Shown here piece by piece: positions 8,369 through 18,355 of a stretch of 64,000 bases of DNA. A program made the translations under genes and the position numbers. Source of the stretch: an uncultured bacterium (GTDB taxonomy: Bacteria > Planctomycetota > UBA1135 > GCA-002686595); contig CALSNU010000002.1 of NCBI GenBank assembly GCA_943787795.1, forward strand, positions 576,001 to 640,000, read 5' to 3'. Below the pieces are notes generated by a model that was given only the letters and a program-made list of their open reading frames with translations, did no database searches and was not told where the DNA came from. Each line of letters opens with the position of its first letter. Within the stretch, counting starts at the first letter, position 1.

Positions 8369-10372
8369 TCACTCTGACAGGTACACCGGGGTCAGGTCAC
8401 GCTCCCGGAGCAGGCGGTTGTGCAGGGCGTCGGGGATGTCGACGCCGCTGCCCTGGGCTCGCCAGCGCTCGAGGATCTGGTCCCGGACCCGCTCGCGGTC
8501 TGCCTCGTCCGCAAGGAAGTCCACGTCCATCGATTCATAGCCCGGCTGGAGCCGGAGGGCGCGCATGGCGTTGAAGCGCACGGCGTCGTAGGTGTCGAGC
8601 ATGAGGGTGGCCAGCAGGCGCTCCATCCACCCGCTCACAGACGCCTCCAGAGCCGGCTCCCAACCCATGGCCCAGGCGACGAGGCCGCGTTGACCCGCGT
8701 CACCGCGGAGCGCCGCCACGACGCCGACGGGGATGTCTCGATCGTCGGCTCCCATGGGTACCGGGTCGGCGCCGAACCCCTCCACGAGGGCCTCGTTGAC
8801 CCACCCGAGGGAGCGGTCGAGGTGGCACATGCTGCATGCGTTGGGGCGGCCCGTTTCGAGCTGGACCTGAACGCTGGGCGATGAGATCTCGTGGGAGCGT
8901 GTCGCCTTCATCAGGCCCCAGCTCGTGTGGGGCATGTGGCAGTTGGTGCACGAGCTACCGCTCGAGTCGACGGGGTGGCGCGTGTGGCTCGCGAGGGCGC
9001 GGTCGCCGCTGTACTCCTCGTGGCACTGCAGGCACGACGCGTTGGAGCGCATATCCGGCGCGAGCTGATCGTCGGTCCACTCCTCGATCGGCTGAGCGGG
9101 CCGCTCACCGTCACCGGTGAAGCGGTGGGCGGAGTGACAGGACGAGCAGGTCATGATCCCTCGTTCGGGGTCCCCGTGGGCGTAGCACGGGGAGCGCTGG
9201 AGGCCGTTGAACTCGCGCCCACCCACCCGGATCATCCCGTCCGACCAGAAGTGGTTCCGGACGAACCCTGGTTTGGAGCGGGCGAGCTCCTCGGTCCCTC
9301 GCTTTCGCCGTCCGCCGTAGACGATCTGGCTCGCCTCGAGGTCCCCGCCGGGCCGGTAGGGGTTGCCGTATTCCTGCGCGTCTTCGAACTGCTTGGGCAC
9401 CAGCGCGTGGACCGAGTGGCACTGGGCGCAGACGTGGGCTGACGCCTTCGCGTCGAGCCGGGTGGGGAGGACGATCGACTCATCCGCCGTGTCGGTGAGG
9501 TGCTGCTGGTACCGGCGCAGGGGGTTGCGGTTCAGGCTAGCGTGCACGTCGCCGGGCCCGTGGCAGGCCTCGCAGGAGATCCCGTACTCCCCGACCTCGG
9601 TCTCCGCGGCGGCCGTCGCGGCCGGCGTCATCGCCAGCATGCGTGAGCGAGCGTCGGTGGTGTGGCACTTCACGCAGTGGGTGTTCCAGCGCCCCACGTC
9701 CTCCTTGGCGTGGAACTCCGGGCGCATCAGGAACACCGAGGACCAGGGGATCCAGCGCTGCTCCTCGATGTGGAAGTAGAGGGGAAACATGCCGAGGCCG
9801 CGCTGGTCGCCGAAGCTGTACCAGAACACCTGCATGTGGTGGCTGCCGGTGACCTGGGTGAGGCGCACGGTCTTCACCTGCGAGCTCTCCCCGTCCGACG
9901 AGTCGAGGGGGAACGACCCGAAGTACTCGTCGCCCCGCCGCTCGAGGCGGTAGTCCCGGCCCCGCACCTTCAGGTCGCCCTCGAAGGTGGCCTGCACGGT
10001 CGCAGGCTCGACGACCTGGGTCATGGTGCTGTGGTACGACTCGTGCCACGTGGCGTACTGGCCGGGGTGGCACGCGCGACAGTCGTTGGAGGTGAGGTAG
10101 CCCTCGCTGGGGCGCTCGAGGACCCGGTCTGTCGGCGGCTCGGGGGCGTGGAAGGGGAGGGACGGATCGCTCCCGAACCAGAACCCGGCTCCCGCGGAGA
10201 GGACCAGCGCCAGGGCTGCCGCCCGCATGGGAGAGGCCAGCCCTGCGGGCAGGAGGCACGCGAGGGCCGCGACGAGGCCGAGGACCACGGCCGCTGCCAG
10301 CACGCCGCCCGAGAGCGACGCCCCCGCGAGGGCCAGTGAAGCGGCCCCGCCCAGCACGCTCAGCGTGAGCAA
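8369..10372 (-). CDS. Membrane-anchored multiheme c-type cytochrome (8 CxxCH)
   Basis: CRACH, CVKCH, CEACH, CAQCH, CSSCH, CLQCH, CTNCH and CSMCH. N-terminal TM helices. Start uncertain (TTG 10372 or ATG 10228; frame open to 10597). Confidence 0.85.
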   Translation of the reverse strand: MLTLSVLGGAASLALAGASLSGGVLAAAVVLGLVAALACLLPAGLASPMRAAALALVLSAGAGFWFGSDPSLPFHAPEPPTDRVLERPSEGYLTSNDCRACHPGQYATWHESYHSTMTQVVEPATVQATFEGDLKVRGRDYRLERRGDEYFGSFPLDSSDGESSQVKTVRLTQVTGSHHMQVFWYSFGDQRGLGMFPLYFHIEEQRWIPWSSVFLMRPEFHAKEDVGRWNTHCVKCHTTDARSRMLAMTPAATAAAETEVGEYGISCEACHGPGDVHASLNRNPLRRYQQHLTDTADESIVLPTRLDAKASAHVCAQCHSVHALVPKQFEDAQEYGNPYRPGGDLEASQIVYGGRRKRGTEELARSKPGFVRNHFWSDGMIRVGGREFNGLQRSPCYAHGDPERGIMTCSSCHSAHRFTGDGERPAQPIEEWTDDQLAPDMRSNASCLQCHEEYSGDRALASHTRHPVDSSGSSCTNCHMPHTSWGLMKATRSHEISSPSVQVQLETGRPNACSMCHLDRSLGWVNEALVEGFGADPVPMGADDRDIPVGVVAALRGDAGQRGLVAWAMGWEPALEASVSGWMERLLATLMLDTYDAVRFNAMRALRLQPGYESMDVDFLADEADRERVRDQILERWRAQGSGVDIPDALHNRLLRERDLTPVYLSE

Positions 10373-10493
10373 GCTCGGCCTCCGAGTCGGACGAGGTGAT
10401 CCATCCCTTGAAGATAGGACGGGGGGCGGCGAGGCGGGAGCGATGGGGGAGCGGAACCCCTCCGCTCTCGGTCCGATGCCCCCCGAGTCCCTT

Positions 10494-10534
10494 TCGTGGA
10501 CGAGGAGACTCGTGGACGAGGAGACTCGTGGACG
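10494..10534. repeat. 16-bp tandem repeat TCGTGGACGAGGAGAC x2.6 in the divergent promoter region
   Basis: Perfect units at 10494 and 10510, partial unit at 10526. Confidence 0.85.
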
Positions 10535-10678
10535 GGGTTGCGACCCGTTGCCGCTGAGGCTGAACCGCCCCTCGGGCAGCGGGCTCCTGCTTTGCAATCA
10601 AGGCGAGTCGCGGCTCGGGGCCTGAGGGCTCCGCGCGCTCGGGGTAGGGTGGTGCCCTCCCCAGCCCTGAAGTTCGCC

Positions 10679-12280
10679 ATGAAGACCCACGCTCCCAGCT
10701 CCGCCCGACCCACAGCTGCGACCGTCCTCCTCCTTTGCCTTGCCGGTGCTCAGATGACGGGCCCGGGGGCCGCGGCGACCCAGGAGCCAGAGACTCCCCC
10801 GGCGGCGAGCCTCCCCACCGAAGACCCGGCCATCGAGCGGCTGCACCCGATGCTCGCCCCGGTCATCGAGCAGGGGCCCTTCGCGCCGTCCTGGGCCTCC
10901 CTCGTCACGCACCCGCTGCCTCGCTGGTTCCAGGAGTCCAAGGTCGGGATCAGCGCCCACTGGGGCCCCTACGCTGTGCCCGGGTGGACGCCGCGGAAGG
11001 ACTCCCCGTACGGCGTGGCCTACGCGGAGTGGTACTGGCAGTGGATGCAATCCAACCAGGCGGTCAAGGAGCACCACGCGCGGGTCTACGGGGGCGTGCC
11101 CTACGACGCCTTCATCGACGGCACGCCGAACCTCGAGACCGGGCTTGAGGAGGCCTTCACCACGGAGGCCTTCGACGCCGACGCGTGGATGGAGCTCTTC
11201 GAGCGGGCCGGCGCCAAGTACTTCTTCATCACGGCCAAGCACCACGACGGGTTCTGCCTCTTTGACAGCGCCTACACCGGGCGGGACGCGGTGGACTGCG
11301 GACCGAAGCGCGACCTCTACGGCGAGCTCGTCACCGCCGCGCGCAAGCGGGGGATCCGGGTTGGGCTGTACTATTCCTTCTACGAGTGGTTCAACCCGGC
11401 CTATACCGGCCGGCCCGAGCACGCGGGCTACCAGGGGTTCCAGACCCTGGAGGACCGCGACCTCGACGGGGACCCCTCCGAGTACGTGGACGACTTCATG
11501 ATCCCCCAGATCAAGGAGTTGATCGACCGCTACCACCCCGACAGCCTGTGCTTCGACGGGGAGTGGGAGCACGGCTACCCCCACTGGCGCGGCCGCCAGA
11601 TCATCGCCTACTACTACAACCAGGCCGCCGAGCGAGGCCAGCAGGTGGCGGTCAACGACCGCTTCGGCCAGGCCAAGGAGGGCGTCTCGGACACCCGCGG
11701 CGTGTACGGCGACTTCTACCACGTCGAGTACCACGCGGACATCGACCGCACCAAGCCCTGGGCCATGTGGCGCGGCTTCGGCAACAGCTACGGCTACAAC
11801 CGCAATGAGCACGAGGGCAACATCCTGACGCCGGTGGAGACCGTGCAGATGGTGGTGGACGTGGTCTCCGACAACGGGAACATCGAGTTCAACCTCGGGC
11901 CCAAGGCGGACGGCACCCTGGCGGCCTTCGAGGTCGAGCGGCTCGAGGCCATGGGCCGCTGGCTGGGCGTCAACGGCGAGGCCATCTACGGCGCGGCCAA
12001 GAGCCCCTTTGGCGCGCAGGCGTTCGGGCGCACCACCTGGAACCCAGGACGCCAGCGGCTCTTCGCCCACGTCTATCGCTGGCCGGAGGCTGGCGTGATC
12101 GTGCTGAAGGGGGCCAAGATCGAGCCCACCGCCGCCTCTCTCCTGGCCCGTCCGGCCGACCCGGTGGCCTTCAAGGTGACCGATGAGGGCCTCGAGCTCC
12201 GGCTCACCGGGGCCGCCCCCGACCCCGCGGTCAGCGTCATCGCCATCGACTTCGAGGGCACCATCGAGCCCCTCGACTGA
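10679..12280 (+). CDS. Alpha-L-fucosidase (GH29), secreted
   Basis: P.WF..KVGI..HWG, AEWY, GAKY..ITAKHHDGF, CFDGEW (nucleophile Asp), VNDRF and WL..NGEAIYG. Signal peptide present. Confidence 0.93.
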   Translation: MKTHAPSSARPTAATVLLLCLAGAQMTGPGAAATQEPETPPAASLPTEDPAIERLHPMLAPVIEQGPFAPSWASLVTHPLPRWFQESKVGISAHWGPYAVPGWTPRKDSPYGVAYAEWYWQWMQSNQAVKEHHARVYGGVPYDAFIDGTPNLETGLEEAFTTEAFDADAWMELFERAGAKYFFITAKHHDGFCLFDSAYTGRDAVDCGPKRDLYGELVTAARKRGIRVGLYYSFYEWFNPAYTGRPEHAGYQGFQTLEDRDLDGDPSEYVDDFMIPQIKELIDRYHPDSLCFDGEWEHGYPHWRGRQIIAYYYNQAAERGQQVAVNDRFGQAKEGVSDTRGVYGDFYHVEYHADIDRTKPWAMWRGFGNSYGYNRNEHEGNILTPVETVQMVVDVVSDNGNIEFNLGPKADGTLAAFEVERLEAMGRWLGVNGEAIYGAAKSPFGAQAFGRTTWNPGRQRLFAHVYRWPEAGVIVLKGAKIEPTAASLLARPADPVAFKVTDEGLELRLTGAAPDPAVSVIAIDFEGTIEPLD

Positions 12281-12333
12281 ACCCCTCGACTGAACCACTC
12301 GCCTGAACCACTCGACGGACCCACTCGCACCCC
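12269..12333. repeat. 13-bp tandem repeat CCMCTCGACTGAA x5, increasingly degenerate; first unit contains the fucosidase stop codon
   Basis: Units at 12269, 12282, 12295, 12308 and 12321. Confidence 0.85.
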
Positions 12334-12351
12334 AGAGCCACCCCCATCCCC

Positions 12352-13857
12352 ATGAACCCCTCCAGCAAGCCACTCCTCCGCCGCGACGTCCTCCGCGGGA
12401 CCACCGCCGCCGCGGGCCTCGTCGCCGCGCCGGGCCTCTTCCCTGCACCGGCCCTCGCCCTCGGGGGCCGTACCCAGGAAGGGGTCATCCGCGTCGGGGT
12501 CGTCGGGCTCAGGGGCCGCGGCGGCAACCACATCCAGGGCTTCTCACGGCTCGATGGCGTCGAGGTCGTGGCGCTGTGTGACGTGGACGCCGGCGTCCTC
12601 GAGCGGCGCGCCGCCGAGCTGGAGCCGGGCGTGAGCAAGGGGGACCGCAGGGTGGCCGTGTTCGAGGACGTCCGCGACATGCTCGCCCGCGACGACATCG
12701 ACGCGGTGTCCCTCGCGACCCCGAATCACCTCCACGCCCTCCACACCATCTGGGCCTGCGAGGCGGGCAAGGACGTGTACGTGGAGAAGCCGGTGAGCCA
12801 CAACATCTGGGAGGGGCGCCGCATGGTCGAGGTGGCCGAGCGGACGGGTCGCATTGTTCAGTCCGGCATGCAGAGCCGCTCCCACCGGGCCGTTCAGGAG
12901 TCCATCGCGTGGCTCGACGCCGGCGGGATCGGGGCTCCCCGTTACGCCCAGGGCCTCTGCTACAAGCCGCGCAAGAGCATCGGTCTCATCGACGGGCCGA
13001 AGGCGCCGCCCGCGGGCGTGAACCATGACCTGTGGTCGGGGCCCCGGGAGGCCGGGCCGGTCGAGCGGCAGCAGTACCACTACGACTGGCACTGGCAGTT
13101 CCCCTTCGGCAACGGAGACTTCGGCAACCAGGGCGTCCACCAGGTGGATCTGTGCCGGCGCATGCTCGGCGTGAGCAAGCTCCCGCGCCGGACGGTCGCC
13201 GTGGGGGGGCGCTTCGGCTACGAGGACGACGGCACCACGCCCAACTCCATGTTCGCTTTTTACGACCTCGATCCGGCGCCGATGATCTTCGAGGTCCGCG
13301 GGCTCCCCAGGGACCTCGAGGCCCAGACGAACGGGAAGTGGGGGGGCAGCATGGACCGTGAATTCGGGCTCACCATTGGCTCCCTGCTGCACGCCGAGGA
13401 CGGCCGCCTCGCCATCAGCTCCAACTACGGCCGCGCCATCGCCTACGACCGCAAGGGAGAGGAGATCCGCCGCTGGGAGGGTGGCGGCGACCACTTCGCG
13501 AACTTCATCGACGCGGTCCGCAAGCGCGATCCGGAGGTGCTCAACGCCGACGTGAACGAGGGGCACATCTCCGCCGCGTACTGCCACCTCGCCAACGACT
13601 CCTACATGCTCGGCTGCGAGGACTCCATGGGCTCCATCGAGCGGACCCTCGGCGGCGATCCCGAGGCCCAGGACGCGGCGCGGCGGTTCGCGGCGCACCT
13701 CAAGGCCAACGGGGTCAACCTCGATGAGCACCGCCCGACCTTCGGGCGCGTGCTGGCGGTGGACCGCGAGGAGGAGCGCTACGTCGGTGACGACGAGGCC
13801 ACCGCGCTCATGCGCGGCACCTACCGCGACGGCTTCGCCGTGCCTGGAAAGGGCTGA
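12352..13857 (+). CDS. Tat-exported Gfo/Idh/MocA family oxidoreductase
   Basis: RRDVL Tat motif, IRVGVVG..GRG, ATPNHLH, VYVEKP and NQGVH. Confidence 0.92.
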   Translation: MNPSSKPLLRRDVLRGTTAAAGLVAAPGLFPAPALALGGRTQEGVIRVGVVGLRGRGGNHIQGFSRLDGVEVVALCDVDAGVLERRAAELEPGVSKGDRRVAVFEDVRDMLARDDIDAVSLATPNHLHALHTIWACEAGKDVYVEKPVSHNIWEGRRMVEVAERTGRIVQSGMQSRSHRAVQESIAWLDAGGIGAPRYAQGLCYKPRKSIGLIDGPKAPPAGVNHDLWSGPREAGPVERQQYHYDWHWQFPFGNGDFGNQGVHQVDLCRRMLGVSKLPRRTVAVGGRFGYEDDGTTPNSMFAFYDLDPAPMIFEVRGLPRDLEAQTNGKWGGSMDREFGLTIGSLLHAEDGRLAISSNYGRAIAYDRKGEEIRRWEGGGDHFANFIDAVRKRDPEVLNADVNEGHISAAYCHLANDSYMLGCEDSMGSIERTLGGDPEAQDAARRFAAHLKANGVNLDEHRPTFGRVLAVDREEERYVGDDEATALMRGTYRDGFAVPGKG

Positions 13858-13890
13858 TCCGAGCCTCGCGTGGATGAACGGCCGGCGAGG

Positions 13891-15291
13891 TCAGGCGAGG
13901 ATGTCCCTCGCCACCTCGCCGTGCACGTCCGTCAGGCGGAAGTCCCGGCCGGCGTAGGGGTAGGTGAGTTGCTCGTGGTCGAGGCCGAGGATGTGGAGGA
14001 TCGTGGCGTGCCAGTCGTGGATGGACACGCGGCCCGCCACGGCCTCGATCCCGTTCTCGTCGGTGGCGCCGTGGGAGAAGCCCCCCTTCACGCCGCCGCC
14101 CGCCATCCAGGAGGTGAAGCCGCGGTTGTTGTGGTCCCGGCCGTCGCCGTTCTGCGCGTAGGGCGTCCGGCCGAACTCACCGCTCCACACCACGAGGGTC
14201 TCGTCGAGCATCCCGGAGCGGGCCAGGTCGGCGAGCAGGGCGGCGATGGGCCTGTCGATCTCGCGGCACTTGGCGGGCAGGTCCTCCCGCAGGTTGCGGT
14301 GGTGGTCCCAGCCCCCCATGCCCACCTCGATGAAGCGCACGCCCGACTCGGCCAGGTGCCGCGCGATCAGGCACTGGCGGCCGAAGGCGTCCGTCTCGGG
14401 CGTCCCGATGCCGTAGGCCTCAAGGGTCCTCTTCTTCTCCTTGGAGATGTCGAGCAGCTCAGGCAGCTCGCTCTGCATCCGGAAGGCGAGCTCGTAGGAC
14501 TGGATCACCGCGTCGATCTCATCGCTCCCGCGGCGCCGCTTCGCGTTCGTCTCGTTGAGCTTGCGCAGCAGGTCCAGCTGCGCGCGCTGCTGCTTGTCGG
14601 ACTGCCGCGGGTTGCGGATGTCGGACACCGGGTCCTTGGCCTGCCGGCCGCGCTGCCCGCCGCCCGAGACCTTGATCGGCATGCCCTGGAACGTGGCGGG
14701 GAGGAAGGAGCTCCCGTAGTTCTGGGCGCCGCCCTGGTTCCGGGGCGGGTTCAGGGTCACAAAGCCGGGGAGGTTCTCGTTCTCGGTGCCCAGCCCGTAC
14801 AGGGTCCAGGCGCCCATGGACGGCCGCACGAACTGGAAGCTCCCGGTGTGCAGCTTGGTGGTGGCCTGGGCGTGGGCGGGGACGTCGGTGTGCATCCCGT
14901 GCAGCAGGCACAGGTGGTCGGCCTGCTTGCCGATCTCGGGGAGCAGCTCGGAGATCATCAGCCCGCTCTTCCCGCCGGGCTTGAAGGCCCAGGGCGAACC
15001 CATCAGCTTGGCGCCGCGGCGGAAGCCCGAGAGGCTCGCGCCGTCGCGCTTGGTCAGCATGGGCTTGTGGTCGAAGGTGTCCACGTGGGACGGCGCGCCC
15101 GTCATGCAGAGGAAGATGACGCGCTTGGCCCGCGCGGGGAGCCGGCCGCCGGCGGCGACGGGGCTCCCGGCCGCGGCGACACCATTCAGGGCCAGCATGC
15201 CGAAGCCGGAGGAGAGCAGCCGGAGCGCGTCGCGACGGCTCGGGGTGGAGAACGGGTTCATCTGGATGTCCTGTTGCTGCGACCTGTTCAA
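13891..15291 (-). CDS. DUF1501 domain protein (Tat signal)
   Basis: SRRDAL, AKRVIFL.M.GAPSH.DTFDHKP, GGWDHH, GEFGRTP and GRDHN. Confidence 0.92.
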   Translation of the reverse strand: MNRSQQQDIQMNPFSTPSRRDALRLLSSGFGMLALNGVAAAGSPVAAGGRLPARAKRVIFLCMTGAPSHVDTFDHKPMLTKRDGASLSGFRRGAKLMGSPWAFKPGGKSGLMISELLPEIGKQADHLCLLHGMHTDVPAHAQATTKLHTGSFQFVRPSMGAWTLYGLGTENENLPGFVTLNPPRNQGGAQNYGSSFLPATFQGMPIKVSGGGQRGRQAKDPVSDIRNPRQSDKQQRAQLDLLRKLNETNAKRRRGSDEIDAVIQSYELAFRMQSELPELLDISKEKKRTLEAYGIGTPETDAFGRQCLIARHLAESGVRFIEVGMGGWDHHRNLREDLPAKCREIDRPIAALLADLARSGMLDETLVVWSGEFGRTPYAQNGDGRDHNNRGFTSWMAGGGVKGGFSHGATDENGIEAVAGRVSIHDWHATILHILGLDHEQLTYPYAGRDFRLTDVHGEVARDILA

Positions 15292-18155
15292 TAGAGGGTC
15301 CGGAACTCGGCGGTCTGGAAGAGGGACTGCGCGAAGGCGGCCCAGGCCGCGAGCTTGGGGTCCTGGGGCTTCAGGTCGGAGGACGGAGGGCGGCTCTGGC
15401 CTCGCCCCCTTCGGCGACCCCGCGGCTTGGGCGCGGGCTCCGGGGTCATGTCCTCGTACTGGCGGAGGAAGCGCGAGACGGCCTGGGCCTCCGACGAGGA
15501 GGGCGCGCGCCCGAGGGTGAGCCGGTAGGCGTGCTCGATCCGATCACGATCGCTCCCCTCCATGGCGATCAGCGCGCTGGCCATCGCATCCGAGACCCTC
15601 AGGACGTCCTCGTTGTTCATCATGAACAGCGCCTGGGTGGCGACGCTGGTCTCGTCGCGGTCGCCTTCCACGGTCGCCGCATCCGGCGCATCGAAGACCC
15701 CTAGCGCCCCGACGGTGGCCCCGCGCAGGCTCGGCAGGTACACCGACCGAACGGGCTGCTCCGAGGTCAGGAAGCCAGAGAGCTGCTCACGGCGGAGGAC
15801 CCCCTCCACCGTGCCAACCTTGGAGCCCAGCGGGCGCCGACGGTCCAGCTCGCCCGCGGCCTGGAGCATCGCGTCACGGATCGCCTCGGCCTCGAGCCGC
15901 CGCTCGGGCATGCGCCAGAGCGTCACCACGTCCGGGTCCACCCGGTGGTGGTTCGCGTTGTGCTTGCTATCGAGCCGGTACGCGTGGGACAGGACGATCT
16001 CGCGGACCAGGGACTTCGTCGACCAGCCAGACTCCACGAACTCCGACGCGAGCCAGTCCAGGAGCTCGGGGTGGTCAGGGCGCTGTCCGCCGCTCCCGAA
16101 GTTGTCGGGGGTGCGGACGATGCCGCTCCCGAAGAGGTGGAGCCAGACCCGGTTGGCCCAGACGCGAGTGGTGAGGGGGTTCTGCTCTGAGGCGACCCAC
16201 TCGGCGAGCTCGAGCCGGCCGCTGCCTTCGCCGATCTCGACGGGGGTGAGGTGGCTGAAGACCTGGGGGATCCCCCGCTCCACGACCTGGCCGGGCTGGT
16301 CGAGCTCCCCGCGGCGCAGGACGGCGATGTCCCGGGCTGTCCCGTCGCTGGCGGTCATGGCCAACCGGTTGGAGCTCAGCGCCTTCCCGTTCTCCCCGAA
16401 GCGGCCGAGCAGGTCCTCGATCATGTCGACCTGCTGTTGCTGTTGCCTGCTCCTGCGCGCAGCGGCGCGGTCCTCGGCGCTCATCTGGCCGGCTCGCATG
16501 CGCCCACCGCCGCTCATGGGCGGCGTCGGCTCGGGCTCCAGGCGGTCGACCAGCCGCTCGAGGGTCTGGCGGAGCTCGGGGCCGAGCCGAGGTCCGTTGA
16601 CCACGTCCGCCTCGGCGGGCAGCGCGGTGAGCTCCGCGGTGTGGTTGTTCCCCGGGCCGGGGTAGGTCCCGAAGCGCGTCTCCGTGCTGAGGAAGATGCC
16701 GGCGAGGGCGTAGTAGTCCTCGATGGGGATGGGGTCGAACTTGTGGTCGTGACAGCGGGCGCAGGAGACCGTGAGACCGAGCATGCCCTGGGACATGGCG
16801 TCGATCTGCTCGTCGACCAGGTTCAGACTGAACTGCCTGGGGTCGCGGCTGTTATGGCTCTTTTGGCCCAGCGCCAGGTAGCCGGTCGCGATCAGGTTCT
16901 CGGCGCGTTCATCGGGCCCGTCGTGGTCCAGGAGGTCCCCAGCGAGCTGCTTCACGAGGAAGTCGTTGAAGGGCATGTCCGCGTTCATGGCGTCCACCAC
17001 GAAGTCGCGGTAACGCCAGGCGTGGGGGTACAGGACGTTGCTCTCCATGCCGCTGGACTCGGCGAACCTGGCCACGTCGAGCCAGTGCCGTCCGAAGCGC
17101 TCGCCGAAGGCGGTCGACGCGAGGAGCCGGTCCACCACCGCCTCGTGAGCGCCGGGAGAGCGGTCGCGCTCGAAGGCCTCCTGCTCCTCGGGGGTGGGTC
17201 CCAGCCCCGTGAGGTCGAAGGTCACCCTCCGAAGCCAGGTCAGCCGGTCGGCGTCGCCCACAGGGCGCACCCCCTGCGCGTCCATGGCCGAGCGCAGGAA
17301 GTGGTCCACCTCGGTCCAGGACCAGCGGTCGCCCTCCAGGGCGGGCACCTCGGGGCGCGTGATCGGTTGGAAGGACCAGAACTCCCGGGCCTCCTCCATG
17401 TCGATCTCTCGATTCAGAGACTCCCCGCCAGCGGAGTCACCGGTTGAGCCGCCGACGGAGACCATGGTCATCGAGGGCTCAGGGCCCTCCGGCCAGGGGG
17501 CCCCCATGGCCACCCAGCGCTCCAGGTCACGGATCTGATCGTCCTCCAGCTTGCCGCTGGGGGGCATCGCGAAGGTCGGGTCCTCGTAGCGCACGGCCTC
17601 GATCAGGGCGGACCCGTCCACGTCTCCGGGGACGAGAGCGGGGCCGGAGACGCCGCCCTTCAGGAGGGACGCCAGCGAGTCGACCTTGAGCCGGGCCTTG
17701 ATCCTGGGTGAGGTCTCGGCGTGGCAGGAGTAGCAGGCCTCGGCGAGGACCGGCCGGACCCGGGTCTCGAAGAACTCAATCTCCTCATCGGTGGGGGGCC
17801 GCTGCTCGGCGGGAGCTCCCCCGGCGTCCGGGCCAGAGGTAGGGCCAGAGGTCGGGCCAGACGTCGGTTCGGGCGTGGCCCCGGTCTCCAGGTCCTCTTG
17901 GGTCAGGAAGCCGTCGCCGTCACGATCGAAGCGACGGAAGGCCCGAGCGCTGCGCGGAAACTCATCGCGGTCGATCTTCCCGTCGAGGTTGGCATCAAAC
18001 CGGACCAGCATCCCCTTGAGGAGCCGGCCAGAGACCTCCTGTGTGGGGGAGGCCGCCAGGGTGCTCGGTGCGAGCGCCAGGGCGCTGACGGCCAGGGCGG
18101 CCAGGGGCAGCGCCGGGCGCCGGATAGCTCTACGGGTGGTGGGCATGGGCGTCAT
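15288..18155 (-). CDS. Planctomycete cytochrome c (PSCyt1) + DUF1549 + DUF1553 protein with an N-terminal EF-hand pair
   Basis: CYSCH..MPP, RRVTFDLTGL, WLDVARFAES, CARCHDHKFDP, HPELLDWLA and QALFMMN. EF-hands DANLDGKIDRDE and DRDGDGFLTQED. Confidence 0.92.
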   Translation of the reverse strand: MTPMPTTRRAIRRPALPLAALAVSALALAPSTLAASPTQEVSGRLLKGMLVRFDANLDGKIDRDEFPRSARAFRRFDRDGDGFLTQEDLETGATPEPTSGPTSGPTSGPDAGGAPAEQRPPTDEEIEFFETRVRPVLAEACYSCHAETSPRIKARLKVDSLASLLKGGVSGPALVPGDVDGSALIEAVRYEDPTFAMPPSGKLEDDQIRDLERWVAMGAPWPEGPEPSMTMVSVGGSTGDSAGGESLNREIDMEEAREFWSFQPITRPEVPALEGDRWSWTEVDHFLRSAMDAQGVRPVGDADRLTWLRRVTFDLTGLGPTPEEQEAFERDRSPGAHEAVVDRLLASTAFGERFGRHWLDVARFAESSGMESNVLYPHAWRYRDFVVDAMNADMPFNDFLVKQLAGDLLDHDGPDERAENLIATGYLALGQKSHNSRDPRQFSLNLVDEQIDAMSQGMLGLTVSCARCHDHKFDPIPIEDYYALAGIFLSTETRFGTYPGPGNNHTAELTALPAEADVVNGPRLGPELRQTLERLVDRLEPEPTPPMSGGGRMRAGQMSAEDRAAARRSRQQQQQVDMIEDLLGRFGENGKALSSNRLAMTASDGTARDIAVLRRGELDQPGQVVERGIPQVFSHLTPVEIGEGSGRLELAEWVASEQNPLTTRVWANRVWLHLFGSGIVRTPDNFGSGGQRPDHPELLDWLASEFVESGWSTKSLVREIVLSHAYRLDSKHNANHHRVDPDVVTLWRMPERRLEAEAIRDAMLQAAGELDRRRPLGSKVGTVEGVLRREQLSGFLTSEQPVRSVYLPSLRGATVGALGVFDAPDAATVEGDRDETSVATQALFMMNNEDVLRVSDAMASALIAMEGSDRDRIEHAYRLTLGRAPSSSEAQAVSRFLRQYEDMTPEPAPKPRGRRRGRGQSRPPSSDLKPQDPKLAAWAAFAQSLFQTAEFRTLY

Positions 18156-18355
18156 TCTCTCAGGATTCTCATCGGGTGTCGGTCGGCCTGCCCTTCACCC
18201 CTTGCGCGGTCGGCTCTCGGTCCGACCCTCCCAGTCAACACGAAGCCACCAACGAGGTTCCTCCTGTTCTTGTTCCACGTCTCGTCTCGTCCGTAGAATC
18301 GTGTCCTGCGGCCCCCCTATCGGATGCCGCGCCGGGCCCCGCGCCCGAATGCTGC

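Noticed and set aside
8369..10372. NrfA nitrite reductase or hydroxylamine oxidoreductase call
   Set aside because: No CxxCK and no recognisable HAO or NrfA motifs or partner genes.
10598..12448. Long antisense or alternative-frame ORFs (also 1383..2951, 25995..27683, 28786..30699, 58156..59865)
   Set aside because: They are shadow ORFs of clear genes, expected at high GC, with no recognisable motifs.
17825..17870. 12-bp repeat encoding PTSG x3
   Set aside because: An ordinary in-frame low-complexity linker.
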